DNA of 42,251 nt from Candidatus Hodarchaeota archaeon (GTDB lineage: Archaea; Asgardarchaeota; Heimdallarchaeia; Hodarchaeales; Hodarchaeaceae). Under the pieces are notes generated by a model. The model was not told the origin of the DNA. It did not search any database and saw only the letters and a program-made list of their open reading frames with translations. The translations under genes were made by a program, and so were the position numbers. Each line of letters starts with the position of its first letter. Positions within the stretch are counted from its first letter, which is position 1. The DNA lies in the NCBI GenBank assembly GCA_016839815.1, contig JAEOTM010000154.1:1-42251 (forward strand), given 5' to 3'. Positions 1 to 10,000 of the stretch are shown in pieces.

Positions 1-493
1 AAACTATGATATCTATGCTGCTTCATTCTCAGAAATGACCGCAACAATGGTAGAAGAAAGAATACATGATTTAGGGCAGAATTTCTTCAGTGAAAAGGGT
101 GTCAGAGCACTAATTAAAGCTCTGGGGAGTAGTGGCGTAGCTATGTGTATAGCAGGATCTTCTCGACCAGCAAGCGGATCAGAACATCTTGTGAGTCATG
201 CCCTAGACAGTTTATCAACCGAATATGATTTCGAAATTTTACACGGCCACCAAACGGGAATAAGTTCGATCTTAATGATGTATCTACATGGAGGGGATTG
301 GAAACGTATTAGAAGATCCTTAAAGAAAGTTTCTGCCCCTGTAACTGTTAGAGAACTAGGAATTGACAGAGATATAATGTTACTAGCGTTGCAAAAAGCT
401 CAACATATACGTTCTGAACGATATACAGTACTTTCGGAAGGTTTAACCAGATCTGCCGCAGAAAATGCTATAGAGATGACTGGAATTGATTGA
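1..493 (+). CDS. egsA: sn-glycerol-1-phosphate dehydrogenase, 5'-truncated by window edge
   Basis: Motifs SSRPASGSEHLVSHALD, LHGHQTG and IRSERYTVL are typical of archaeal G1PDH. The frame is open from position 2 (NYDIYAASFSEM...), so the true start lies upstream of the window. Confidence 0.93.
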   Translation, partial: NYDIYAASFSEMTATMVEERIHDLGQNFFSEKGVRALIKALGSSGVAMCIAGSSRPASGSEHLVSHALDSLSTEYDFEILHGHQTGISSILMMYLHGGDWKRIRRSLKKVSAPVTVRELGIDRDIMLLALQKAQHIRSERYTVLSEGLTRSAAENAIEMTGID

Positions 494-1275
494 AATTGGG
501 AGAGTTAATCTCTGGCGTTGACGAAGCTGGAAGAGGTAGTGTAATAGGCCCCCTAATCATTGTTGGTTTATCAGTAAATAAAGATATGATTGAATATTTC
601 CAACATAAAGGAGTGAAAGATTCTAAGTTATTCACTAGTTCAGCTGCAAGAAAATTAAGAAGTGAACTTGCATTAGAAATTCAACATCATGCGGAAGAAG
701 TTAGAGTGATTGAAGTACCATCTCTCGAGATTGATAAAGCGATTAACAATAGGCCTAAGGATAATCTGAACTTATTGGAGCTCAGATACTTTAGCAAACT
801 CGTTCACGATTTAAATTCTGAGGAGATAATTTTAGATACAATTTCCTCTCCCAAATATTCAATGTCCCAAATTACTAATTTTTTACGGTTTAAAAATGAA
901 TTAGTATCAATCAAGACGATTAAAGCAGATAAAAATGAAAGTAAATCAATTCTGCAAACAGGAGAAACCCCCAAAAAGGTCATTATTTCGACAAAGGCTG
1001 ATTCAAAATATACAGTTGTAGCTGCTGCTTCATGTGTAGCTAAACATATTAGAGATCTCAAATTACGGGAAATTGAGGAAACTTGGAATCTTCCAGAGTT
1101 AATTCTTGGCCAAGGTTATCCTAATGAGAAAGATCAAAGACTTATGAAGTTTTTCCAGAACTATACTAAGGAGATAAAGCATAGAACTTATCCGTTTATC
1201 CGTTATTCATGGAAATGGAAGTATCTACAAACAATCTTGAACAAACCTAGAGAAAAATTAGATAAGTATTTTTAA
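490..1275 (+). CDS. rnhB: Ribonuclease HII
   Basis: GVDEAGRG, GVKDSK, KADSKYTVVAAASCVAK and GQGYP motifs; C-terminal PIP-box-like KLDKYF. The TTG start overlaps the egsA stop. Confidence 0.95.
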   Translation: MKLGELISGVDEAGRGSVIGPLIIVGLSVNKDMIEYFQHKGVKDSKLFTSSAARKLRSELALEIQHHAEEVRVIEVPSLEIDKAINNRPKDNLNLLELRYFSKLVHDLNSEEIILDTISSPKYSMSQITNFLRFKNELVSIKTIKADKNESKSILQTGETPKKVIISTKADSKYTVVAAASCVAKHIRDLKLREIEETWNLPELILGQGYPNEKDQRLMKFFQNYTKEIKHRTYPFIRYSWKWKYLQTILNKPREKLDKYF

Positions 1276-1332
1276 CAAAAGAATTAGGAAAAAAATAATG
1301 ATTGACATAATTTCAAATATAGATGAACGAAA

Positions 1333-2709
1333 ATGATTGAGAGTATTTTTCGTAACTATGACATTCGTGGAAAATTTCCTAAGGAAATTTCTTTAGAGAC
1401 GGTAATCAATATTGGTAAAGCTTTTGGTACAAAATTCGGAAAGCAGAAAAACGTGATTATCGGCGGTGATGTTAGACTTTCTTCACCAATTATTAAGACA
1501 GCGATCTCTATGGGATTATTAGAAGCAGGATGTAATGTGAAAGATATTGGGATATGTACCACACCAACGATTTATTTCTTATCTGCAAATCATTCATCTG
1601 TGGACTTCGGAATCATGGTAACGGCAAGCCATAACCCTATAGATTACAATGGAATAAAAGTTTGTGATCAAGATGGAGTATCGTTTCACATTGGGAACTT
1701 TTTCACTGATATAAAGAGAATCGTAAAACAGAACGCCTATAATCTGATTAAGAATCATGCGTTCGGACAAACTTCAATTTTAGAGAATGTAAATATTGAA
1801 CAGTATTGGAATTATCAAGAGAGTCACTTTTATCCAAACAAAGAGATGAAATTGGTAGTCGATATTGGAAATGGTACATGCTATCCAGTTTTAGATGTCT
1901 TAAACGCCAAAAAAATGCAAATTCAAGGATTACATACTAATCCTGATGGGAATTTTCCAGTTATGATCCCAGATCCTGCCAAACCTAAATGTCTCAAATA
2001 TATAATTGAAACAATGAATCAATCATCTTATGATTTAGGTATTGGTTTCGATGGAGATGGAGATCGAGTAGGATTTGTTGATGAAAAAGGAGGCATAATA
2101 AATCCTGATCAAGTTATAATGTTATTTGGTCAGCATTTATTAGAAAAACATCCGAAAAGAAAGATTTTGATTGATATTAAAACTTCCAGAGCAACCTACG
2201 GTTTTTTAGAGAATCTTGGTGCCAATGTAGAATTTACTCGCGTTGGTCATTCTTGGATTCATGAAAAACTTCTGAAAGAACGAGCAATATTTGCAGGGGA
2301 ACTCAGTGGCCACTATTATTTTGGGGAGGAATACTTTGGATTTGATGATGCAATTTATTCTTCTCTTAGGATGATCGAAATTGTATCTAGTTTAGAGGCC
2401 CCACTCTCTGATGTTATTGCCAGTTTACCTTCATTTCCTTCTTCTGATGAGATAAGAAAACCTTGTAGTGATAATATTAAACCAATCATTGTTAAAAATA
2501 TAAAATCACAACTAATCAAAGAAGCACAGAACTGTATTACAATTGATGGAGTTCGAGCTGAATTTGAGGATGGATGGGTATTAGTTCGAGAGAGTGGGAC
2601 TGAACCTGTCATCTCGATTCGTGCAGAGGGGGATACTGAACAAAAACTCGAGTATTATTTAGATTACATTGAGACACTGGTTACAAAGGAGATAGATAAA
2701 CACACCTAA
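1333..2709 (+). CDS. Phosphomannomutase/phosphoglucomutase (AlgC-like alpha-D-phosphohexomutase)
   Basis: IFRNYDIRG N-terminus, TASHNP phosphoserine loop, FDGDGDR metal loop, GELSGH sugar loop, VRESGTEP. Confidence 0.95.
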   Translation: MIESIFRNYDIRGKFPKEISLETVINIGKAFGTKFGKQKNVIIGGDVRLSSPIIKTAISMGLLEAGCNVKDIGICTTPTIYFLSANHSSVDFGIMVTASHNPIDYNGIKVCDQDGVSFHIGNFFTDIKRIVKQNAYNLIKNHAFGQTSILENVNIEQYWNYQESHFYPNKEMKLVVDIGNGTCYPVLDVLNAKKMQIQGLHTNPDGNFPVMIPDPAKPKCLKYIIETMNQSSYDLGIGFDGDGDRVGFVDEKGGIINPDQVIMLFGQHLLEKHPKRKILIDIKTSRATYGFLENLGANVEFTRVGHSWIHEKLLKERAIFAGELSGHYYFGEEYFGFDDAIYSSLRMIEIVSSLEAPLSDVIASLPSFPSSDEIRKPCSDNIKPIIVKNIKSQLIKEAQNCITIDGVRAEFEDGWVLVRESGTEPVISIRAEGDTEQKLEYYLDYIETLVTKEIDKHT

Positions 2710-2777
2710 AAAAACTTTTAGGGATTGATTGGTTTAGTTGAAATTGTGTTACTGGAAAAACAAAAGAGGTCTCGATA

Positions 2778-2957
2778 ATGTATGATATTTTAATTGGTTC
2801 TTTACTTATTATTGTGGGATTATTGATAGCAGGATTGGGAGGTACAATGAGTAGTGTCATGGCTGCTGTTTACTACATTTTGGGATTCCTTACTGCTTTT
2901 GCAGGCATTGGATTTTTCTTGAAATACCGAAAATCAACCCAAAAAAGAGAAGAATGA
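2778..2957 (+). CDS. Small 59-aa two-TM membrane protein (absent from the ORF track)
   Basis: Translated by hand: MYDILIGSLLIIVGLLIAGLGGTMSSVMAAVYYILGFLTAFAGIGFFLKYRKSTQKREE*. Has a GAGGT SD-like motif upstream, two hydrophobic helices and a basic tail, and fills an otherwise empty gap. Confidence 0.75.
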   Translation: MYDILIGSLLIIVGLLIAGLGGTMSSVMAAVYYILGFLTAFAGIGFFLKYRKSTQKREE

Positions 2958-2977
2958 AGATGTGTGCATCCAGCACG

Positions 2978-5584
2978 TTACTTAGGTATTTCCAGTTTAT
3001 CAATTAGTAGACTAATTTTTTTTTCGTTTTCATTCTTACCAATGGCTACAGAAATTCTTTGTATGCCTTCTAGCTCATGGATTACCCCGTTAAGAAATGA
3101 GAGAATATCTCCTGGATAGATGAGAAGCTCAAAAAAGGAGAATGATCGTGAAATTTGATTGATATTCTTCCCCTCTAGCCTTCTATCTACAATGTACCGC
3201 CCGATCTGTTCTGAACCGTGGAGACAGAAGGGATTCTCAGGACAATTACAAGTGAAAAAATTTTGTGTCCATTTAGCAAATATCGTCAAACACCATTTAT
3301 TCAGTTCAGTTGCTTCTTTTCCCTTTAACGTAGCCTTCATTACATCTAATACAGGACTGTTAATTACACGTGTTGAAAATCTCATGTGATATGTCTTTTC
3401 AAGGTAAGAATGGAGTTTTTTTGAAAGATAGATGTTTTGAGGGACATTCATTTGAAGAGCGATGGATAAAAAATGCTCTTTTTTGTTGATCAATGATACA
3501 ATTCTTATTGTTTTTTCAGGGGGGAAAAATGAAAGGATTGAAGCTTTACCTAAAGGAGTCACCTCTAAGTAACGAGAATCTTGTTTCGTTTTTATTGAAA
3601 TTAATGAATTGCGTATTAATCTATTTGTGATATGCATAAAATCGTGGTTTCCTGTGCCTATCATATTCTGATAGATCTTTTTAACCTCTGAAGGTAACAT
3701 TCTAGGTTTAGTGGAGCATATCGAGATTATTTGTTCCCCACATGCATTTTCATCATAATCAGGTGAAATTGGAGTGAGATTCGAATTCACTAGTTCTAAA
3801 GCAATCTCTACTTCGGATTTTGAGTCTAGAGAGGATATTGATTCACCCAAGCAAAGGAAAACCGCATAACCTCGATCATGTTTTCCTAATCTACCTGCTC
3901 GGCCTGTCATTTGAGTAAATGTGTTAGGATCAAGTATTTGATTTCCCATCATCATTGATTCAAATATTACCTGAGAGGCTGGAAAATCAACTCCTGCCCC
4001 TAGCGCATAGGTTGCAACTATGGCTGTACATTTACCTGAGGAAAAATCCATCTCTATTCGTTTTCGAAGCGAATAAGAAAGTCCTGAGTGATACGCTTGA
4101 GCTGATTTTATACCCGATTCACGCAAGACTTCCGCAATTTCATTTGTTTTCCTTCTTGAATTTGTAAAAACAATTGTTTGTCCTTTAAAACCATATTGTG
4201 AGATCATATTCAATTCTGCTAGAATTAAAGTTGTTATTTGTCTCATTTTTTCATGAACACTTCTTGAAATCAGTAAGTGTTGTTCCAATGGAATTGGTCT
4301 ATGGTCTACTGAAATTAATTTTAATGAAAGATCCTGTGCAAACTGGATTGGATTTCCAATTGTTGCTGAAAGTCCTAATATTTGTACATTCTTAGAATAG
4401 GAACGGATTTTAGCTTGAAGGCAGTCAAGCGTTGGTCCTCTTTCTGGATCAGCCAGAGTTTGTATTTCATCTATTACGATACATCCAATTTCGTTGAAAA
4501 TAACTTGTCCTCCACGAATTAAAAGATCTAGCCCTTCATACGTCGCCACGATAACATCTGAATTTTGTATTGAGAATCGGTTTTTATAGAATAGTTTTTT
4601 CTCTTTCATTGAATCAAATATTCGGGATCTACCAGTACGAATACCTATCTGTATTTTTTTTCCATAATTTTGTTTGAATTCCTCGTACTTTGTATTCGCT
4701 AAAGCAACTAATGGAACAACAAATACGAATTTTTTTCCCTTCAAAGTGGCTGAAATTCCTGCAATCTCTCCAATTAGTGTTTTTCCTGCGCTGGTATTAG
4801 CTATAATCAGTAAATTTTCATTTCTAAGTAATCCATTTTTTAAAGCCTCTCCCTGAATAGGTAATAGGACATTTATACCTCGTTTTTTCAGAATCCTTTT
4901 TATTGAGGTATCGATGCTTGAATCTTTGACTTTAACTGGTTTTAGAGGTGAATCCTGTACTTGATTTTTCTTTATCAGAGTCAACTCACTAAGAGTCGCT
5001 TTTCCTTGGGTCAGTGTCTCAGTAACAGGCTGTATATCGTGAAACCGATTAAGAATTGAAACTGCATATTTTCTAAATCCAGGATTCCCCAATAGGTTGA
5101 TTTTTCTAGCCTCAAGCTCTTTTTCTAGTTCTTGTAGCGCACAGGCTTTGCATATTTCACGATTATAAGCCTTGTAGTTACCCTTAGATTTCAGTAATGT
5201 AATTCTTTCAGTAAATAAGCAGAAAGGACAGAAATCTCGGATGGAAAATTTTATAGACAAGTTGAAGTCTTTACAAAATTGCTTTATTCCCGTTTTTTCT
5301 GTTTCAGGTAAATCATTAGAGAGAAAAACAAATTTTGCTTTTGAAAGAATATCTTGAATTGTGTTTTCAGGAGGATAAGCCTTCCATTTTCCCTGTTCTT
5401 CCCAAAGAATTTGACGCGGGCGCCATAGTGTCTGTCTTTTGTAATAATAATGAATTCGACCTTTATAACGAGGTTTCCTTCGATTGAGCTTGCCTTTTGT
5501 AAATCCTAGTATCTGGAGAGTATTTTCTTGTTTGGAAGGAGCAAACACAATAGTGAAAAACAATGACTTTGATAACATACTCAA
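2978..5584 (-). CDS. Archaea-specific Ski2-like SF2 helicase (ASH-Ski2/COG1202 type)
   Basis: Walker A ANTSAGKT, motif II DEIQ, motif III SAT, motif VI QMTGRAGR, N-terminal CPFC...CKAC and C-terminal CNCPENPFCLHG and YPGD motifs characteristic of this family. Confidence 0.9.
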   Translation of the reverse strand: MSMLSKSLFFTIVFAPSKQENTLQILGFTKGKLNRRKPRYKGRIHYYYKRQTLWRPRQILWEEQGKWKAYPPENTIQDILSKAKFVFLSNDLPETEKTGIKQFCKDFNLSIKFSIRDFCPFCLFTERITLLKSKGNYKAYNREICKACALQELEKELEARKINLLGNPGFRKYAVSILNRFHDIQPVTETLTQGKATLSELTLIKKNQVQDSPLKPVKVKDSSIDTSIKRILKKRGINVLLPIQGEALKNGLLRNENLLIIANTSAGKTLIGEIAGISATLKGKKFVFVVPLVALANTKYEEFKQNYGKKIQIGIRTGRSRIFDSMKEKKLFYKNRFSIQNSDVIVATYEGLDLLIRGGQVIFNEIGCIVIDEIQTLADPERGPTLDCLQAKIRSYSKNVQILGLSATIGNPIQFAQDLSLKLISVDHRPIPLEQHLLISRSVHEKMRQITTLILAELNMISQYGFKGQTIVFTNSRRKTNEIAEVLRESGIKSAQAYHSGLSYSLRKRIEMDFSSGKCTAIVATYALGAGVDFPASQVIFESMMMGNQILDPNTFTQMTGRAGRLGKHDRGYAVFLCLGESISSLDSKSEVEIALELVNSNLTPISPDYDENACGEQIISICSTKPRMLPSEVKKIYQNMIGTGNHDFMHITNRLIRNSLISIKTKQDSRYLEVTPLGKASILSFFPPEKTIRIVSLINKKEHFLSIALQMNVPQNIYLSKKLHSYLEKTYHMRFSTRVINSPVLDVMKATLKGKEATELNKWCLTIFAKWTQNFFTCNCPENPFCLHGSEQIGRYIVDRRLEGKNINQISRSFSFFELLIYPGDILSFLNGVIHELEGIQRISVAIGKNENEKKISLLIDKLEIPK

Positions 5585-5677
5585 GAGAATAAGTATTGTT
5601 GCGAGTAAAAAAGCAAAGTGTTAAAAAATATTAGTCCTTGTCTATGTTGAAAGATACATCAGAATGAGGAGACAATA

Positions 5678-6151
5678 TTGCCAATTTGTTCTAAATGTGG
5701 ATCCTATTATAGTGAAGCTTCATGTACATTTTGTACCCCCGATGATTCACCCAAATCCCCTGTATCAACAGTAAATGTTGAAGAAAAGAGCTCAGTGAGG
5801 TTAATTGATCCAATTAAGCTACTTGAGTCGATAGAGAAAGCTGAAGTTGATTTAAAGGAATTAAAAGAAGCTAAAACAGTAGAACTCAGGGATTTGGAGA
5901 AAGAAATTTCCCAACTCCAAGACCGAGAGAGAGAACTCATACTTGAACTAGAGCCCTTGAATTCAAAAATTTCGGAATTAGAACGTGAATTAAGGGAACA
6001 AGAAGAAGAAAGCACAACACTATCTGGTGACAGTCAGAGTTTGCTTGAAGAAACCAATGCTCTTAAAGCGAGAATTCTTAGTCTTGAAACTAATAAAGCT
6101 GCATTAAATGAAGAAGTGAATGAGCTAAAGAATACCCTTGGAGTGAATTAA
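5678..6151 (+). CDS. Zn-finger (C-x2-C-x8-C-x2-C) plus long coiled-coil protein, paralogue 1
   Basis: MPICSKCGSYYSEASCTFCTP followed by about 110 aa of E/L/K heptads; TTG start with GAGGAG upstream. Confidence 0.8.
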   Translation: MPICSKCGSYYSEASCTFCTPDDSPKSPVSTVNVEEKSSVRLIDPIKLLESIEKAEVDLKELKEAKTVELRDLEKEISQLQDRERELILELEPLNSKISELERELREQEEESTTLSGDSQSLLEETNALKARILSLETNKAALNEEVNELKNTLGVN

Positions 6152-6153
6152 AA

Positions 6154-6639
6154 GTGCCAAAATGTCTTAAGTGTGGTTCATATTATATTCGTGCACCTTG
6201 TCCTGTCTGTTCACCACCGGGTGTGGGACAGATAATTGAAGATTCAAAAGAAGCAAAGGGAAAAACGATTGAAGAACTTCAAACAGAGCTGGAGAAAATA
6301 TCCACACTATTGAAAAATCAAGAAACTGAGTTTGATCAAAGAATGAGAGATTTTAAAACAGAAATCCAAACATTAGAAGATCAAAACCAAAGCCATGAAG
6401 TAACTAAAATCAATCTACAAGATAAGATTGGTAATCTACAAAAGGAGATAGAACAGAAGAGGAAAAACATGGAGGAGATTAAGGATAACATTGGAAACCT
6501 TAATACAGAAAAAAACATAACATCAGAAAAAATCGCTACATTGGAATCTGAAATTGAAGCATTAAAAGAAAATATCCAATCTCTTAATCAAAGCATCAAA
6601 GAAAGGAGAATGGAAGAAAATCAGGGAGCCTCTGAATAA
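6154..6639 (+). CDS. Zn-finger (C-x2-C-x8-C-x2-C) plus long coiled-coil protein, paralogue 2
   Basis: MPKCLKCGSYYIRAPCPVCSP followed by heptad repeats; GTG start 2 nt after the previous stop, with GGAGTGA SD-like motif inside the upstream gene end. Confidence 0.8.
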   Translation: MPKCLKCGSYYIRAPCPVCSPPGVGQIIEDSKEAKGKTIEELQTELEKISTLLKNQETEFDQRMRDFKTEIQTLEDQNQSHEVTKINLQDKIGNLQKEIEQKRKNMEEIKDNIGNLNTEKNITSEKIATLESEIEALKENIQSLNQSIKERRMEENQGASE

Positions 6640-6711
6640 ACAAGTTAACTGACCAAAGAATACGGAATGTAAGTTTCTCTTCTAGCAAAAAACTATGATA
6701 GTGGAAATATA

Positions 6712-7098
6712 ATGGAGAAACTTGCAGATTATACGAAAAACTATCTTACCTATCAAATGATTACTACTGTTTATTCCAAAATTAATGGTCTCATTATTGA
6801 TGTTATTACTCCAGATGAACATCTAGGGGGAATCGGTGTCGGAATTCCCTATATCCGTAAGAATGGAGTAAAATCAGCTAATCTTCACTGTATTTCTGTC
6901 CCCACTCATCGAGATGCGGAGCTTGCTGGTAAATTAGCTCAAATTGTAGCAAAAAATACTGAAGTACCTGTAATCGTAATTCTTGGTATTCATATTCCGA
7001 ATATTACTCGAAACCAAATTGAGAATTTAACTCATTTCTTTATGGAGTGGTTTTTAGAAATAAGTACGGACTTAGCTAAGAATTTCTCCTCAAGTTAA
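6712..7098 (+). CDS. LpdD/proteasome assembly chaperone 4 (PAC4)-like protein
   Basis: Pattern HLGGIGVG...HRDAELAGKLAQIVAK...PVIVILGIHIPNITRNQI matches the prokaryotic PAC4-like/LpdD family as I recall it (HIGAV...H(K/R)(E/D)...VxxGIHxxxxT). Confidence 0.7.
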   Translation: MEKLADYTKNYLTYQMITTVYSKINGLIIDVITPDEHLGGIGVGIPYIRKNGVKSANLHCISVPTHRDAELAGKLAQIVAKNTEVPVIVILGIHIPNITRNQIENLTHFFMEWFLEISTDLAKNFSSS

Positions 7099-10000
7099 CA
7101 TAAAGTAAACCGATCATTGTAATTACCATAATCAGAATTAAAGCTTCATGTAGTTTTATGATCGGTGTAGGAGTAAGTGTAGATACAATTTTAAATCCAG
7201 GTTCTAAATCACCAATCTTAAGGTTTGGAGAAATTCCAGTCGTTGAATATACTGAGACTACATAGGTATTAGGATCTAGACTTGCAGGGGGAATTGATAG
7301 TAGATAGATATGGGTTCCATTATCATCAATAGCCGATGTAATACTTGGCAGAGATTGATTAAGCTTTCCAAGTTTTCCTTCTATATCTAGTATCCCATAT
7401 AGATTTATATTAGAGACTGGAATATTATTAAATTCAGAGTTAACAACTTCGAATGAAATCGTGATAACAGAAGCCGTATCAAGTGCATAAATTGGTAATC
7501 CATCTTCTTCATTAAGACTATAATACTCTATATTGGTAATAGAGAATTCTCCTGAAAGAGTTAAATTGAAATTCATATTATGTGAGGGATCTGATGGGTT
7601 TCGAATATACACATATGAATCATTCCATTCTGACTTAATTTTGAATCGTGTTCCAAAGGTAGTTTCCACCAGATTCGGATTAATATATGCACTAAGGAAG
7701 ATAGATTCATTTACTTGGACAACTTTGAATCGTTGTATAAATTCTGTTTCATCAGAATTATTCACAAGTCCTCCAATCATATTAACATCTGAATCTGTAA
7801 TATTGTAGATACCAAAAGGTGTACTAATTGCTACAACAGAAGTAGTATTAAGCCTCTCTCCATAATATATTGTGTAGCTACTCGATATGGAGAGATTTCC
7901 CCTTTGATCTGTGTTAATTGATGATTGATAAAGAACGGGAGTTCCTCCTATCTGAATATCCACCAATGAGCTATTGCTAATCGTACTGAATTGATAAGAT
8001 GATGATGAATTCCAGCTTAATTTTACGGAAAGGTTGTAAAACCCTGTAATAAAACGAATTGGACATATTTGATCAATACTGGAATAGATATTTCCTGTTC
8101 TGTGTGATAATTTCACATCGAAGGCTTTTACTTGAGTTTCATTACTAATAAAGAGTAAACTTGCGTTGGCCTTTGGTGTAAAATATCCATTAGAGTATTC
8201 TAGTGACACATTAATATCTAATGGCAAACCTGGGTAATATATGGGTAATTTTGTTATATTTACTAGTTTCACTTCATCAGTAATTTCTAAAGGATAATAT
8301 GTATCTAAAATTGTTAAGGAATTATTAAATTTGAATGAAAGATCCCATGTCCCGAGAAGTGCTTGATTGTTAAATGGAATTTCGAAATTAAATGAATATG
8401 TTGATTGATTCATCGGTTGATATGTAAGTAAATTGCTAATCTGGTCACTTGGTGAGGTTATATTAACAGTGAGACTTCCGATAGTAATATTTATTGTTTC
8501 ATATGTATTAACTGATCTATTTTGGTAATATACTGTTGCGTTCACGGTGACACCTGGTTGAATCAATGTAGTACCAAAATCATACTTTGGTGCATAACCC
8601 ACGATTACCGTGGAATTTTGTAGATACACTGGAGATCGAATAACTGGGAAGTTTCTTATTGAAAGATGATTCACAATTTTATGGGAACCAAGGGTCCAAT
8701 TAAAATCGTTGTTACTATCATTTTCTATGTTTATCGTGTATATTGCACTAGATTCTCTAGTAAAAACCTCATTATTCTCTGAATACGAGGGGTGAGTGAT
8801 TTCCCAATTATCAATAGTGGTTGTTAGGCTTAGAGAACCATGAGATTTATAGTCGAAAGTTTTCATGCCCAATTCAATGGATGTTATTTCTCCTTGAATT
8901 AGATAATTCGATTTGTTAATTCTCTGATTCTTTTGATAATAAGCGGTATTTAGATCAAGATCTATTGATTCAAAAACTGAACGGGACAATAAATAGACCA
9001 GAGACGCATAATATGTATCATGAATATTTATTCGGTGGTTGACATCTGGGGAGGAATAGGTGAGGTTATTTGAACTAAATCCTCCAATATCGGGCAATTC
9101 AGACGTAATATAGGTTCTATTCTCACGCTTTAATAATTGAGAAGAATTAACAAAATTTAGGGCTTCTATATGATCAATATCGTCAGTTATGTTTAGTAAA
9201 TGACTGATAGCATATACAATACCTGTTTCTTTTGTCGTTGCATTGTTATAGAATCCATATCCTCCTTTAGTCATCCCAGAGGTTTTAAGAAAGGAGGGTA
9301 ACCAGGATTGTATTTGTGACTGATATTCAACTAATTTTTTTGGTAAAGAAATTCCCACTTTTGGTGAAAACTGTTCAAGAACTGCAATAGATTGAAGAGC
9401 GTACCATGTTTCTTCAATTGGAGTACGGGAGCTTGTATTATCGAAAAAATAAGTATTATCTATCAAAAAACCTTCAATAAAATTGAAAATATTCACGGAA
9501 TAATTGGTCATGAAGTTCCTTATTGTTTGATTAACAATTGGTGTAGTAATCGAATCTTGTACTTCAATGACAACCTTGTATACTAAATCTAGAATCGACA
9601 ATGCTTGGAATGTTGATTTAAGGTCAGGACTCTGACCTTTCTCATGAAAACCAAATTTAGTCAGGTCAAAAGTATCACGAATTGTATAATTCATAACAGA
9701 TTGAGATTTTCCTTTTAATTGACGAGTAAGTTGATTCATAAGCCAAAGAGCATTGACTACGCCGAAAGTACCCTCAAGTGACGGAGAAGAAACGATTGGA
9801 CTTAGACGATATCCTCCTGAACCAGCTTCATCTTCTAGATCAACTAGAAGTTTGTTACTTATGGCTTCTTCGTACTCCGGCCAATTTGAAAAGAATTGGT
9901 AATAATCCAAACCGAAAATTCGTAATACTGCTAAAGCTTCATATGTAGCTATGGATGTTGAGAATCCTCCTACCGACTCATAAAAGATTGCTTCCGTTGT

